Shown here piece by piece: positions 9,607 through 20,643 of a DNA stretch of 42,174 nt. This stretch comes from Methylobacter sp. (GTDB lineage: Bacteria > Pseudomonadota > Gammaproteobacteria > Methylococcales > Methylomonadaceae): contig JBCKWP010000001.1 of NCBI GenBank assembly GCA_038922455.1, positions 1 to 42,174 of the forward strand. The letters run 5' to 3'. The translations under genes and the position numbers were made by a program. A model generated the notes under the pieces. It was given only the letters and a program-made list of their open reading frames with translations. It was not told the DNA's origin and did no database searches. Within the stretch, counting starts at the first letter, position 1; each line of letters begins with the position of its first letter.

Positions 9607-9969
9607 ATGGCAAGTATTCTTGCGGTTGACGATTCAACATCAATGAGAAAAATGGTTGCTTTTACCTTAAAGGGCGCCGGATACGAAGTCGAAGAAGCAA
9701 TAGATGGGGTTGATGCCTTGGCAAAAGCTCAAACAATGCAATTTGATTGCATTGTTACCGATGTCAATATGCCCAATAAAGACGGGATAACCCTGATCAG
9801 AGAACTGCGATTACTAGCGGATTACAAATATATACCGATGCTGATGCTAACGACTGAATCAAGTATTGAAAAAAAACAAGAGGGCAAAGCCGCTGGCGCA
9901 ACCGGCTGGATTGTCAAGCCTTTTGACCCGGATCAGTTGTTAAAGACCTTAAAGAAAGTTCTTGGGTAA
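9607..9969 (+). CDS. cheY: chemotaxis response regulator CheY
   Basis: ILAVDDS, TDVNMP, LTTES and GATGWIVKPF motifs; precedes cheA; GGAG RBS supports start at 9607. Confidence 0.9.
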   Translation: MASILAVDDSTSMRKMVAFTLKGAGYEVEEAIDGVDALAKAQTMQFDCIVTDVNMPNKDGITLIRELRLLADYKYIPMLMLTTESSIEKKQEGKAAGATGWIVKPFDPDQLLKTLKKVLG

Positions 9970-10010
9970 TCGCATGACTTCAGTAAATTCAGGGATATTA
10001 AGGTAAGTTT

Positions 10011-12107
10011 ATGGCTATCGATATGTCGCAGTTTCATCAGGTCTTTTTCGAAGAATGTTTCGAAGGGTTAGAGGCAATGGAATTAGGATTGTTAAATCTT
10101 GATACGGGAGATATTGATTCGGAAGTCATAAATACCATTTTTAGAGGAGCGCATTCCATAAAAGGGGGGAGCTGCACGTTTGGCTTTAACGAGGTTGCTG
10201 ATTTTACCCATATCATGGAAACTCTGCTCGACGAAATGCGGGATGGGCGCAGAAAAGTGACTCAGCTCGTGATTGATGTGCTGCTAGGCTCTGTTGACTG
10301 CCTACGAACCATGCTTACTTCGAACCAGGCTGGGCAGGATGTAGATGGTGCTACCGTAGAAAAATATAGAGCCGCGCTGGAAATTGAGCTGAATGGTTCC
10401 GTAAAAGAACCGGCGGCAACCGCTTCCGTGAAAATCCAGATAGTCAATGAAAGCTCAGCAATGGCCACTGTTGCCGATGAAGGTGCATTGATCGAGAAAG
10501 GCTGGAAAATCGCTTTTTGCCCCTATCTGGACTTACTCAAAACCGGTAATGATCCTGTCCGAATGTTTCGGGAGCTAGCGGAATTAGGTCAATACAGCGT
10601 TTCTGTCGGTACTCAGGATATACCTGCGTTTGATGAATTGGATCCTGATGAATGCAATTTATCCTGGACGTTAGAAGTTGTTGGCGATATTGCTGTCGAG
10701 GAAGTTAAGGAGATTTTTAGCTGGGTTGAAGGAGACTGTGAACTCGATATTCAGCCATTCACTAAAACAACCGCTCAACCAGCGCCAGTAGAAAAAATAA
10801 CGGCAGCAGAATTACCCGCCCAAGACCTTCAACAACTTAAAGCTGAACAAGTAGAGACCACTATCTACCTCAATACTGAGCCCCCTAGGCCAGAGGTGCG
10901 GCAATCGGATAATGATCAACTTAAAACATCGGTCAAAGCTTCAAGCTCTATTCGTGTGGATACCAATAAAATTGATACCTTGATCAACATGGTGGGTGAG
11001 GTTGTTATCACTCAATCAATGCTGAGTTTAATCGGTGAAAATTTTGCCATAGATCAACTCCCCCAGCTCAAAAGAGGACTTGCGCAGCTTGAACGCCATA
11101 TTCGTGACATGCAACAAAGTGTTATGAATATTCGAATGGTTCCTATCAGTTTTGTATTTAGCCGCTTCCCACGTCTAGTGCATGACATCAGCTCCAAATT
11201 AGGCAAAAAAATTGAGTTGAAACTGGTCGGAGAAAATACGGAAGTTGATAAGGCCGTCGTTGAGTTGATTAGTGATCCTTTGGTGCATTTGATTAGAAAC
11301 AGCCTGGATCATGGCATAGAAATTCCGGCTGACAGGATTGCGGCAGGTAAGTCAGAAACAGGTACCATTGAATTAAATGCCTATCATCGGGGCGGGCATA
11401 TTGTTATTGAAATAAGTGACGACGGTCGAGGTCTTGATAGAAATAAGCTGATCTTAAAAGCCATTCAAAATGGGCTTATCGATGAAAGCAGCATTCTGAC
11501 CGATAAACAAGCATTTGAATTAATTTTTATGCCAGGTTTTTCTACGGCAGAAAGCGTTACCGATATTTCGGGTCGCGGTGTCGGTATGGATGTCGTCAGA
11601 AGAAATATTCAAGCTTTAGGTGGAAACGTCGAAATTATTTCCAATCTTGGGAAAGGGACAACTATTTCTATACATCTGCCACTGACACTGGCAATTATTG
11701 ATGGTCAATCTGTCGCTGTAGGAGATGAAATCTACATAGTGCCTTTAGTTTCGATTAAAGAGTCCGTTAACATCACTGAAAATATGCTCAATAAAATAGC
11801 CGATAAAGGTGAGACTTTCCGGTTGCGAGATCAGTACATACCCATCATAAGAATGCATGATATTTTTAATGTGCAGCCAAATAACAAATCAAATACAGGC
11901 GAAGGTGTCATTGTTGTTGTAGAAAGACAAGGAATATTGTGCGGCCTGTTTGTTGATGAGTTATTAGGACCGCAACAGGTGGTGGTTAAATCATTGGAAA
12001 CCAATTATCGCAGAGTACAAGGTGTTTCAGGAGCGACCATTCTTGGCGATGGTTCTGTTGCTCTGATCCTTGATATCCCGGGTCTGGTACGGTTCTCAAA
12101 TCGTTAG
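10011..12107 (+). CDS. cheA: chemotaxis histidine kinase CheA
   Basis: Hpt AHSIKGG, HLIRNSLDHGIE, GFST..SGRGVGMDVV, C-terminal CheW-like domain. Confidence 0.98.
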   Translation: MAIDMSQFHQVFFEECFEGLEAMELGLLNLDTGDIDSEVINTIFRGAHSIKGGSCTFGFNEVADFTHIMETLLDEMRDGRRKVTQLVIDVLLGSVDCLRTMLTSNQAGQDVDGATVEKYRAALEIELNGSVKEPAATASVKIQIVNESSAMATVADEGALIEKGWKIAFCPYLDLLKTGNDPVRMFRELAELGQYSVSVGTQDIPAFDELDPDECNLSWTLEVVGDIAVEEVKEIFSWVEGDCELDIQPFTKTTAQPAPVEKITAAELPAQDLQQLKAEQVETTIYLNTEPPRPEVRQSDNDQLKTSVKASSSIRVDTNKIDTLINMVGEVVITQSMLSLIGENFAIDQLPQLKRGLAQLERHIRDMQQSVMNIRMVPISFVFSRFPRLVHDISSKLGKKIELKLVGENTEVDKAVVELISDPLVHLIRNSLDHGIEIPADRIAAGKSETGTIELNAYHRGGHIVIEISDDGRGLDRNKLILKAIQNGLIDESSILTDKQAFELIFMPGFSTAESVTDISGRGVGMDVVRRNIQALGGNVEIISNLGKGTTISIHLPLTLAIIDGQSVAVGDEIYIVPLVSIKESVNITENMLNKIADKGETFRLRDQYIPIIRMHDIFNVQPNNKSNTGEGVIVVVERQGILCGLFVDELLGPQQVVVKSLETNYRRVQGVSGATILGDGSVALILDIPGLVRFSNR

Positions 12108-12141
12108 GCGTCGGCATCCTTGAGAATTCAGGAAAGAAAAT

Positions 12142-12654
12142 ATGGCACAAGAATTAAAAACCAAAAGCGCGGATCATAATTCTAATAACAACGAACGAGA
12201 AAACACAGCTCAGTACCTGAGTTTTACCTTGGACAGTGAAGAATACGGGGTTGATATTCTTCGTGTTCAGGAAATTCGTAGTTGGGAACCTGTGTCCAGA
12301 ATACCGAATGTGCCGCACTATGAGAAGGGCGTGGTTAATTTACGGGGATCTATCGTGCCGATTATCGACTTGCGTGAAAAACTCTGCATAAAATTTAAAG
12401 AATATACTCCTTTGACAGTCGTCGTTGTTTTACAAACCAGTGATGACAATAAAACCAGAACCATGGGCGTCGTTGTTGATTCAGTCTCTGATGTCATTAC
12501 CTTTGACAAAACCAAAATTCAGGGTACACCCGATTTTGGTACTAAAGTCAGTAATGAATTTATTAATGGCTTGGTAATGGTCAATGAACGTATGCTTATA
12601 CTGCTTGATGTGGATAAGCTGCTTGAATTGGAAGACCTGGAGATGGAGTATTGA
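12142..12654 (+). CDS. cheW: chemotaxis protein CheW
   Basis: YGVDILRVQEIR and GVVNLRGSIVPIIDLR motifs. Confidence 0.96.
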   Translation: MAQELKTKSADHNSNNNERENTAQYLSFTLDSEEYGVDILRVQEIRSWEPVSRIPNVPHYEKGVVNLRGSIVPIIDLREKLCIKFKEYTPLTVVVVLQTSDDNKTRTMGVVVDSVSDVITFDKTKIQGTPDFGTKVSNEFINGLVMVNERMLILLDVDKLLELEDLEMEY

Positions 12655-13226
12655 AAATGACAGCGAATGATAAAAACAATTTGATTGACTACGATCATTT
12701 AGCCGGGATTGACGAGGAAACCGAAAGCACGGGAATGGAAGGCGTAGTTATGGCGGTTGACGTTGAGCAAGAGCAACTTATTATCAGTGATACTAATAGT
12801 GAAGACTCTGAAAATTTGTTTGAAAGCGCAAGCAATAATGAGTTTTTAGAAGCCGACAGCAGCGAGATCGGTATGGAAAATACACTTGCAGATTTTCCGG
12901 AAGTCCCAATTTTCGATGAGGTAGCGATAGAATGTGTTACTGAGTCGATTATAACTCTGGATGCAACTTTAACTATCCAGAATGTTGTTAAGCTGTATGA
13001 GAAACTCAAGAAGTCATACTCAGCCTATAACGCAATTGAAATTAATGCCTCTCGTGTGTCTTCCATAGACACCGCAACCCTGCAATTACTGGTCTCGTTA
13101 AAAATGGATGCCGTTAAACAACAAAAAGAAGTTGTTTTTGCTGCGCCTTCTCTTCGGTTTATTGAGGCTGCAGAATTGCTGGGTCTGTTGGAGATACTAC
13201 TCCCATCTGACCAAGAAAACGGATGA
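12651..13226 (+). CDS. STAS-domain protein with acidic N-terminal half
   Basis: C-terminal LDATLTI...VSSIDTATLQLL...AAELLGL fits STAS_2; start uncertain. Confidence 0.75.
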   Translation: MKMTANDKNNLIDYDHLAGIDEETESTGMEGVVMAVDVEQEQLIISDTNSEDSENLFESASNNEFLEADSSEIGMENTLADFPEVPIFDEVAIECVTESIITLDATLTIQNVVKLYEKLKKSYSAYNAIEINASRVSSIDTATLQLLVSLKMDAVKQQKEVVFAAPSLRFIEAAELLGLLEILLPSDQENG

Positions 13227-13244
13227 ATTATAAAGTAATTCAAA

Positions 13245-13883
13245 ATGGATACTAAGCTCAACATCGCAAGGCCTTCGGTGGCTGGATTTGAACATATTAA
13301 TCGATATTGGGATCGGGAACGTGAAATCATAGCGGCTAAAATTTTACCTGGAGAATATTATGTTACGCAAGAAAATGAATTGATTACGACAGTATTAGGT
13401 TCTTGTGTATCTGCTTGTATTAGGGACAAGGAGTCTGGAATTGGCGGGATGAACCATTTCATGCTACCTCAGACCACTTTCGGCCATTTGAAAAAAGGGA
13501 GTGAAGAAATTATTGGTCTAGCTAGCCGTTACGGAAACTTTGCCATGGAGCATTTGATTAATACCATTTTGAGCAATGGCGGCAAAAGAAAAAATCTGGA
13601 AGTGAAGGTATTTGGCGGCGGCAAAATCATACCGACATTAACAGATGTCGGTATGAAAAATATCGACTTTGTTTTGGGCTATATCAATGAGGAAGGATTA
13701 AAGTTGTTATCTCAGGATTTGGGTGATATTTATCCGAGGAAAATAATTTTTTTTCCTAAAACCGGGAGGGTTAGCATGAAAAAAATACAAGATTTACATA
13801 ATGATAAGATTAGCCAGCGAGAGCGGCAATATTTTAACAATCTTAAGAATACCCCTGTAAAAGGCGATGTTGAGCTTTTCTAA
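13245..13883 (+). CDS. cheD: chemoreceptor glutamine deamidase CheD
   Basis: TVLGSCVSAC, GGMNHFMLP and KVFGGG motifs. Confidence 0.95.
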   Translation: MDTKLNIARPSVAGFEHINRYWDREREIIAAKILPGEYYVTQENELITTVLGSCVSACIRDKESGIGGMNHFMLPQTTFGHLKKGSEEIIGLASRYGNFAMEHLINTILSNGGKRKNLEVKVFGGGKIIPTLTDVGMKNIDFVLGYINEEGLKLLSQDLGDIYPRKIIFFPKTGRVSMKKIQDLHNDKISQRERQYFNNLKNTPVKGDVELF

Positions 13884-13911
13884 CAGTTAACGCAGTCCCG
13901 CTAGTTCCTAG

Positions 13912-14013
13912 GTAAGCGTTACCTCCCCCTTTGAAAAATGGGGATTGAGGGGGGGTTATTTGAACAAATCTCCCCTAACCCCTCTTTTTCAAAGAGGGGT
14001 ACTGAACGCTTAC
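13912..14013. mobile_element. IS66-type MITE (102 bp) containing a palindromic repeat
   Basis: TIR GTAAGCGTT...AACGCTTAC; exact 8-bp TSD GTTCCTAG at 13904-13911 and 14014-14021; IS66 elements start GTAA and duplicate 8 bp. Confidence 0.75.
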
Positions 14014-14017
14014 GTTC

Positions 14018-14554
14018 CTAGAATAATTCTATATCATCGGATTGGCTATGTTGATAAGCATTTTTCGCCGCAATGGCATCATCGATAGATTTCCCTTCTA
14101 AAATGGCATAAAACATCATTTTTTCATCTTCCATTGTATATCTTGAGCGTATCTGATTTTGAAATTCACGCCATTCATTCGGACTATAAAGACGCTCAGG
14201 GTTTTCAAGGAGTTTTGATAAGCCTATTAAGTTAGATGTGACGTGCTGTAAGCATTGCTGCATCCGATCGTAGAACTGAAAGGCAATAATAGCCGTCTGA
14301 ATTTTAGCTTTAGCTTCCGAGCAACAATCCAGCACCTGCTTATTGGTGTCAGAAACATCAAGAGATAAAATATGGTTATTAATTGTTTGCATACTTTCGA
14401 CAATATCGGTAAACGATTCTGTCAGTGTATTCACTGATAACTCGCTGTCTTGGAGAATAACACTTACCTGAGCAGCTGATAAATTTAATAGTTTAATGGT
14501 TTCACGAATCTGACTCCAATCAAGATCGAGTTTTTCTGAATTTGAATAAGACAT
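14018..14554 (-). CDS. chemotaxis-associated hypothetical protein (helical, FQFYDRMQQ motif)
   Basis: 178 aa with AGGA RBS, downstream of cheB, ends DDIELF. Confidence 0.75.
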   Translation of the reverse strand: MSYSNSEKLDLDWSQIRETIKLLNLSAAQVSVILQDSELSVNTLTESFTDIVESMQTINNHILSLDVSDTNKQVLDCCSEAKAKIQTAIIAFQFYDRMQQCLQHVTSNLIGLSKLLENPERLYSPNEWREFQNQIRSRYTMEDEKMMFYAILEGKSIDDAIAAKNAYQHSQSDDIELF

Positions 14555-14579
14555 GTTTTACTGTTTCCTGGCGCAAATC

Positions 14580-15771
14580 TTGACATCCTCCCCGCCCTAA
14601 AGGACGGGGATTCCTACTGCTAGACGCTTATGCCCAAGCGCGAGAATATTCCTAGCCGCATTAATATCTCTATCATGCGTAGCGCCACACTCGGCGCAAG
14701 TCCATTCTCTTATTCGCAAACCTGCTCTACCTTTCGGACTACTTTGGCTAATCAAGCCACAGCACGAACAAGTTTGGGTAGTGTAGTTTTCGTTGACTTC
14801 TAAAAACACGCCTTGCGTCGCTATCGACTTATATTCGAGTTGTGTTTTCAGCATGAACCAGCCAGCGTCTAAAACGGATTTAGCCATTTTAGTTTTAGCG
14901 AGCTTCTTACTGCTGACGTTGCCAACGATTATTAAACTGTTTTCTTTTACAATTTTGTTGGTGAATTTGTGTATTGCGTCCTTGCGGGTGTTCTTTATCT
15001 TGGCGTGAATCGCTTTAACGCGCTGTTTGTCTTTAGCACGTTGGGCTTTGCCCAGTTTAAATTCTAGGTTTCTGTAGCAATCCTGGCGTTCCAAGGTGTC
15101 GCCATTTGAGCAGGTTGCTGTTGTTTTCAAGCCTAAATCAATCCCAACTTGTCCACCTTTAGCCGCTTGTGCCGCCGCTTCAACATGAATAACGATATTG
15201 AAATACCAGCGACCGCGTGAATCTTGACTAAAACAGCCGGAGCGAAAATCAAACTGACTCAAGCCGTAACTATCCCAGCATTTGAAATAGTGACCTGCAT
15301 AACGGATCTGACCATTAACCCATTTAGCCGCTCCTGATTTAAAAGGAACCCAGCCTAATGCGCGTCTTGCTCCACCGGAACACCGCCAATTCAGCTTGTT
15401 CTTTTTGAATTGTTTACGCGCTTTAGCATGAACAGCAATCGTTTCTTGAACTGCCGTTGAGTCGATAATCATGCCGCGTTGTTTGCGGATGACCTTTAAC
15501 TCTTTCATCAGGTCAAAAGCCGAGGTACCAAAGTTCATGTAACCGACTTCTGGAACAGCTACCCACGATAATTCAGCGGAATCCGCATTAGCTGCGTTCC
15601 ATACTTGATTAACATCAAAGGCCATACGATTTAACACGCTGGCGTGTTTATCGCGGACTCTGACTGAAAGGGTTTTTGTTATCGGTTTCATGACGGGAAT
15701 ATTAACATTAAGAAAAATCAAAAGCACCCTTACATCCCCCACCTGAAGGAATGGGCTTTACGGGCTTATTG
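14580..15771 (-). mobile_element. IS200/IS605-family tnpB-only element, copy 2 (1192 bp)
   Basis: TTTAC|CAATAAGCCCGTAAAG left end; GAATCCCCGTCCTTTAGGGCGGGGAGGATGTCAA right end. Confidence 0.92.
14597..15691 (-). CDS. tnpB: TnpB RNA-guided endonuclease (364 aa, intact ORF)
   Basis: GIDLG, VGN at the RuvC-II position, VNENYTTQTCSCC, CAECG..HDRDINAARNI; ATG 7 nt after TGnTAATAT suggests a leaderless transcript. Confidence 0.92.
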   Translation of the reverse strand: MKPITKTLSVRVRDKHASVLNRMAFDVNQVWNAANADSAELSWVAVPEVGYMNFGTSAFDLMKELKVIRKQRGMIIDSTAVQETIAVHAKARKQFKKNKLNWRCSGGARRALGWVPFKSGAAKWVNGQIRYAGHYFKCWDSYGLSQFDFRSGCFSQDSRGRWYFNIVIHVEAAAQAAKGGQVGIDLGLKTTATCSNGDTLERQDCYRNLEFKLGKAQRAKDKQRVKAIHAKIKNTRKDAIHKFTNKIVKENSLIIVGNVSSKKLAKTKMAKSVLDAGWFMLKTQLEYKSIATQGVFLEVNENYTTQTCSCCGLISQSSPKGRAGLRIREWTCAECGATHDRDINAARNILALGHKRLAVGIPVL

Positions 15772-15786
15772 GTAAAGTTGTACAGG

Positions 15787-16874
<1,088 letters not shown>

Positions 16875-16969
16875 TTATTGACATTATCCCTTACTACCTG
16901 CTAGTTTCTGCATCGTGCTTGTTCCTTAGCAAACTATACCCGACTATCCGCCGCTTGTTTATCTTTTAT

Positions 16970-17198
16970 CGGGAAACGCATAAGTCCACTTCCTTTACCT
17001 GCCTGTCGGCAGACAGCGGTGGGGGGATATAAGCATGCTCTTGATTTTTCTCGGCAGTCTAGTATAACGTACCACTGCGGCAGGGATAGCCGGTACTGCC
17101 AGTGGAGGGAATCTAAGTCGCTCGTTGAGCACAAGTCCCTCGTTCCGCAGTGTCCCTGTGAAACTGGAAGCTCCGTCCTTTAGGTTTGGGTACTTCAC
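16970..17198 (+). mobile_element. non-autonomous IS605-type mini-element, family B, with predicted omegaRNA
   Basis: Left-end hairpin, TTGATT-N16-TATAAC (17041-17068), right end GAAGCTCCGTCCTTTAGG...TTCAC; GTGAA(17158-17162)/TTCAC(17194-17198) complementarity; left boundary uncertain by a few nt. Confidence 0.75.
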
Positions 17199-17243
17199 AT
17201 CAACAAAAGATACGCTAGACAGATCTAAAAATTAGAGGTATTT

Positions 17244-17720
17244 ATGCAAAACAATGAAGAACCTGGATTAAGCGGAGAGTATTTGGCTTTCACGCTGGGC
17301 GATGAGGTCTATGGCATCGACATTCTTAAAGTGCAGGAAATCCGCGCCTACGAAACGGTTACCAAGATTGCTAACACCCCCGACTTCATCAAAGGAGTCA
17401 TTAATTTACGAGGAGTCATCGTCCCGGTGGTTGATATGCGTATCAAGTTCCGGCTGGACAATGTGGATTATAACCAGTTTACGGTGGTGATCGTCTTGAA
17501 CGTCTGCGGACGGGTGATCGGCATGGTAGTGGACGGCGTATCCGACGTTATCGCACTGACGCCGGAGCAAATTCACGCTAAGCCTGAATTTGGTCCCAGT
17601 ATGGATACGCAATACCTGATCGGAATGGGTGAGATAGACGAAGGCATGATTATACTGATCGATATCGAACGGTTGATGTCTTCTAATGACATGGCGCTAA
17701 TCACGAAAGCCGCCGCCTGA
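17244..17720 (+). CDS. cheW: chemotaxis protein CheW (second copy)
   Basis: [12 protein letters not shown] and [16 protein letters not shown] motifs. Confidence 0.96.
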   Translation: MQNNEEPGLSGEYLAFTLGDEVYGIDILKVQEIRAYETVTKIANTPDFIKGVINLRGVIVPVVDMRIKFRLDNVDYNQFTVVIVLNVCGRVIGMVVDGVSDVIALTPEQIHAKPEFGPSMDTQYLIGMGEIDEGMIILIDIERLMSSNDMALITKAAA

Positions 17721-17729
17721 TTCATTCAT

Positions 17730-17936
17730 CGGAAAAGCGCCGAGATACCCAGCCATTTAGGAAGAAAGGAGTGCTTTTGATTTTCGTTGTACATCATCGT
17801 GTGTAATATGCACGAAATAAGTTGAACAACTGTAGGAGATTCTGGTTAAATATCAGCGTCCAATTGTCAGTGAATCAGGCATTTCTCAATAGCGATGTTG
17901 GGAATCCCTTGTCCTTTAGGCAGGGGATACTGTCAA
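17730..17936 (+). mobile_element. degenerate IS605-type mini-element
   Basis: GTGCTTTTGATTTT block (17771-17784) shared with the left-end region; ends GGAATCCCTTGTCCTTTAGGCAGGGGATACTGTCAA. Confidence 0.6.
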
Positions 17937-17987
17937 TCAGAAACCCATCAATTATAGTATTCTAGTATTGAATAGAGAGACACAGTC

Positions 17988-20294
17988 ATGGTATTTTTTG
18001 GAAAAAAAGCAGTGCAGTCCCGTATCGACGAGGCGGTAAAAATCGTCGATAAAATGACGGCTGGCGACTTTACTACCCCTATCGACACATCAGGCACCGA
18101 TCTTGTCGCTCCCCTTATGCGTGCTTTGAAAGACAGCCTGGTCACGCAAGAAAAGCGCGTCTCTGAGGGTCGTCGCGATGCCGGTACTAATGCAGAGCTG
18201 CGGGGGATCCTCGATATGACAACTAAATACTTGGAGTGCATCGCCAAGGGCGACATTCCACCGAAGATCGCCGAGGACTATAACGGCGAACACAGCGCAC
18301 TCAAGAACAGTATGAACGCCACTGCCGACCTATTGAGAGAAGCCAGGCGCGTTAGCGATGAAAACCTGAGAGTAAAAACCGCGCTGGATAATCTCACGAT
18401 TAACGTAATGATTGCCGACAACGAACGCAACATTGTTTATATGAACAAAGCAGTCAGCGAGATGTTGGCACGCGCCGAAAGCGACGTGCGCAAGGTATTG
18501 CCCACTTTCAATGTGTCTCGACTGCTGGGATCGAACATCGATCAGTTCCATAAGAATCCAGCTCATCAGATGAGCCTGCTGTCCAGCTTCACTAATACCC
18601 ATAACGCGCAGATCCAAATCGGGGTGCGTACTTTTTTATTGCTCGCCAACCCGATCATCAACGGGCAGGGCGAACGTTTAGGGTCGGTCGTCGAATGGCA
18701 CGACCGCTCGGCAGAGGAGGAGGCAGAAAAAGAAATCAAAGGACTGCTCGAGGCTGCCAATTCTGGCGAGCTGTCGAAACGCCTCTTGCTGGAAGGCATG
18801 ACCGGCTTTACTCTCTCCGTCGGCGAGAATATCAACAGTCTGCTCGACACCATCACAACACCCTTGAGCGTCGCTACGGACGCTTTTAAACGCATCGCCA
18901 AGGGCGACATTCCGGCGAAGATCACCGGCGATTATAAAGGCGTTTTCAACGACCTCGTGAAAAGCATAAACGCCACCACAGGTATCCTGAAAGGCTTCTC
19001 CGACAGCGTACACTACGTATCTGGGGAACAGGACAAGGGCGACATCGACGTGCAGATCGACACCGACAGATTCGAGGGTGATTACAAAATCATGGCGCAG
19101 CGCGTCAATGAAATGATCAACAATCGCCACGCCGTGAGTAAGGAAGCTATGGCGTGCGTGGAGGCGTTCGGCGAAGGAGATTTTGACGCACCCTTGAGGA
19201 CTTTCCCAGGCAAGAACGTTTTCATTAACAATACCATCGAACAGGTTCGTGCCAATCTAAAGGCTCTTATGGCCGATGCCTCAATACTGTCGCAGGCGGC
19301 GCTCGACGGCCACATCCAGACCCGCGCTGATGTCAGTCAACACCAGGGTGATTTCAGCAAAATTGTGGAAGGTATGAACGCCACGCTGGAGGCCATCGTT
19401 GAGCCCATCACCGCCATCAAGATGGCGGCCAACTCCATCAGCACGGCGGCCAAAGAAATTGCCGCCGGCAATGCCGACCTGTCACATCGTACCGAACAGC
19501 AGGCTGCCAGTCTGGAGGAAACCGCTGCCAGTATGGAAGAGCTCGCCTCCACCGTGAAACAGAATTCCGACAATGCCAAGCAGGCCAATCAAATGGCCTT
19601 AGCGGCTTCAGATGTTGCCCTCAAAGGCGGGAGCGTGGTGCAGCAAGTCGTGCATACCATGTCATCCATTAATGAGAGCGCCCGCAAGATTGTCGACATA
19701 ATTAGTGTAATTGATGGCATAGCCTTACAAACCAACATCCTGGCGCTCAATGCAGCAGTGGAAGCGGCGCGGGCAGGTGAGCAGGGCCGCGGCTTTGCCG
19801 TGGTGGCGAGTGAAGTGCGCAACCTGGCGCACCGTTCTGCAGCAGCGGCGAAAGAAATCAAGGGGCTAATCGATGATTCAGTGGAGAAGGTGGAAGACGG
19901 CAGAAGGCTGGTTAGCGAAGCCGGTAAAACCATGGATGAGATCGTCGTTTCGGTGAAGCGCGTCACCGACATTATGGCGGATATTGCGGGGGCATCGGTG
20001 GAACAAAGTGCCGGCATCAATCAGGTCAACCAGGCAATTAACCAGATGGACGAGGTGACGCAGCAGAATGCTGCGTTGGTGGAGCAGGCTGCGGCCGCCG
20101 CCGAGTCGCTTGAGGAGCAAGCGGAGTCCTTGATGCTAACAGCAGCCCATTTCCGTCTCGATTCCGATGGGCGATCCCCGGCGCCGCGCCGATCTGCCAG
20201 CCTGCCGGGTGCACCACGAAAACCTGCGGCTCGCCTGGCATCCAACCCGGTAAAGCAGCATAAACGGGAAGACGACGAATGGATTGAATTTTAG
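17988..20294 (+). CDS. soluble methyl-accepting chemotaxis protein, PAS + poly-HAMP (Aer2/McpB-like)
   Basis: No TM segment; PAS with FHKNPAH and VVEW; [27 protein letters not shown]; C-terminal pentapeptide EWIEF. Confidence 0.93.
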   Translation: MVFFGKKAVQSRIDEAVKIVDKMTAGDFTTPIDTSGTDLVAPLMRALKDSLVTQEKRVSEGRRDAGTNAELRGILDMTTKYLECIAKGDIPPKIAEDYNGEHSALKNSMNATADLLREARRVSDENLRVKTALDNLTINVMIADNERNIVYMNKAVSEMLARAESDVRKVLPTFNVSRLLGSNIDQFHKNPAHQMSLLSSFTNTHNAQIQIGVRTFLLLANPIINGQGERLGSVVEWHDRSAEEEAEKEIKGLLEAANSGELSKRLLLEGMTGFTLSVGENINSLLDTITTPLSVATDAFKRIAKGDIPAKITGDYKGVFNDLVKSINATTGILKGFSDSVHYVSGEQDKGDIDVQIDTDRFEGDYKIMAQRVNEMINNRHAVSKEAMACVEAFGEGDFDAPLRTFPGKNVFINNTIEQVRANLKALMADASILSQAALDGHIQTRADVSQHQGDFSKIVEGMNATLEAIVEPITAIKMAANSISTAAKEIAAGNADLSHRTEQQAASLEETAASMEELASTVKQNSDNAKQANQMALAASDVALKGGSVVQQVVHTMSSINESARKIVDIISVIDGIALQTNILALNAAVEAARAGEQGRGFAVVASEVRNLAHRSAAAAKEIKGLIDDSVEKVEDGRRLVSEAGKTMDEIVVSVKRVTDIMADIAGASVEQSAGINQVNQAINQMDEVTQQNAALVEQAAAAAESLEEQAESLMLTAAHFRLDSDGRSPAPRRSASLPGAPRKPAARLASNPVKQHKREDDEWIEF

Positions 20295-20398
20295 GCCTTC
20301 GGCCATTAACCCATCAGACAGGTCTGATAGTGGTAATCGGGTTATAGGGGCGGCTTTTACCCTTCAATGTAATAGACATCTTTCCTAAATACAGTTCT

Positions 20399-20518
20399 GT
20401 AGGCCGGAATAAGCCGGTTCGAGCGAAAGCGAGAATCGGTGTTTCCGGCAGACGCCACCCGAATTCGCCGGAAACGCCACCTCGCGCTACGCGCTTGGAT
20501 GGTCTTATTCCGGCCTAC
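20399..20518. repeat. GTAG-type REP inverted pair (REPIN-like)
   Basis: GTAGGCCGGAATAAG ... CTTATTCCGGCCTAC. Confidence 0.85.
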
Positions 20519-20557
20519 CCACCTACCATTAAGTTAAGCTAAAAATAATTATGGTTA

Positions 20558-20627
20558 ATGTTGTGGGCGCGAATTTATTCGCGCCGTATAAACTTAGAAA
20601 GCGCGAATAAATTCGCGCCCACAACAT
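20558..20627. repeat. REP-like inverted pair
   Basis: ATGTTGTGGGCGCGAATTTATTCGCGC ... GCGCGAATAAATTCGCGCCCACAACAT. Confidence 0.85.
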
Positions 20628-20643
20628 ATAAATCCTTAACTTA

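Noticed and set aside
14597-15691. Calling this protein a TldR repressor or Cas12
   Set aside because: Both Asp motifs and a plausible relocated Glu are present, transposon ends are intact, and there is no CRISPR array or cas gene
15692-15742. Longer tnpB start (MGDVRVLL...; also 7182-7232)
   Set aside because: Lies within the left-end hairpin and promoter; ATG at 15691/7181 is more plausible
16934-17198. 66-aa and 67-aa minus-strand ORFs
   Set aside because: Antisense to the family B mini-element, with no recognisable motifs
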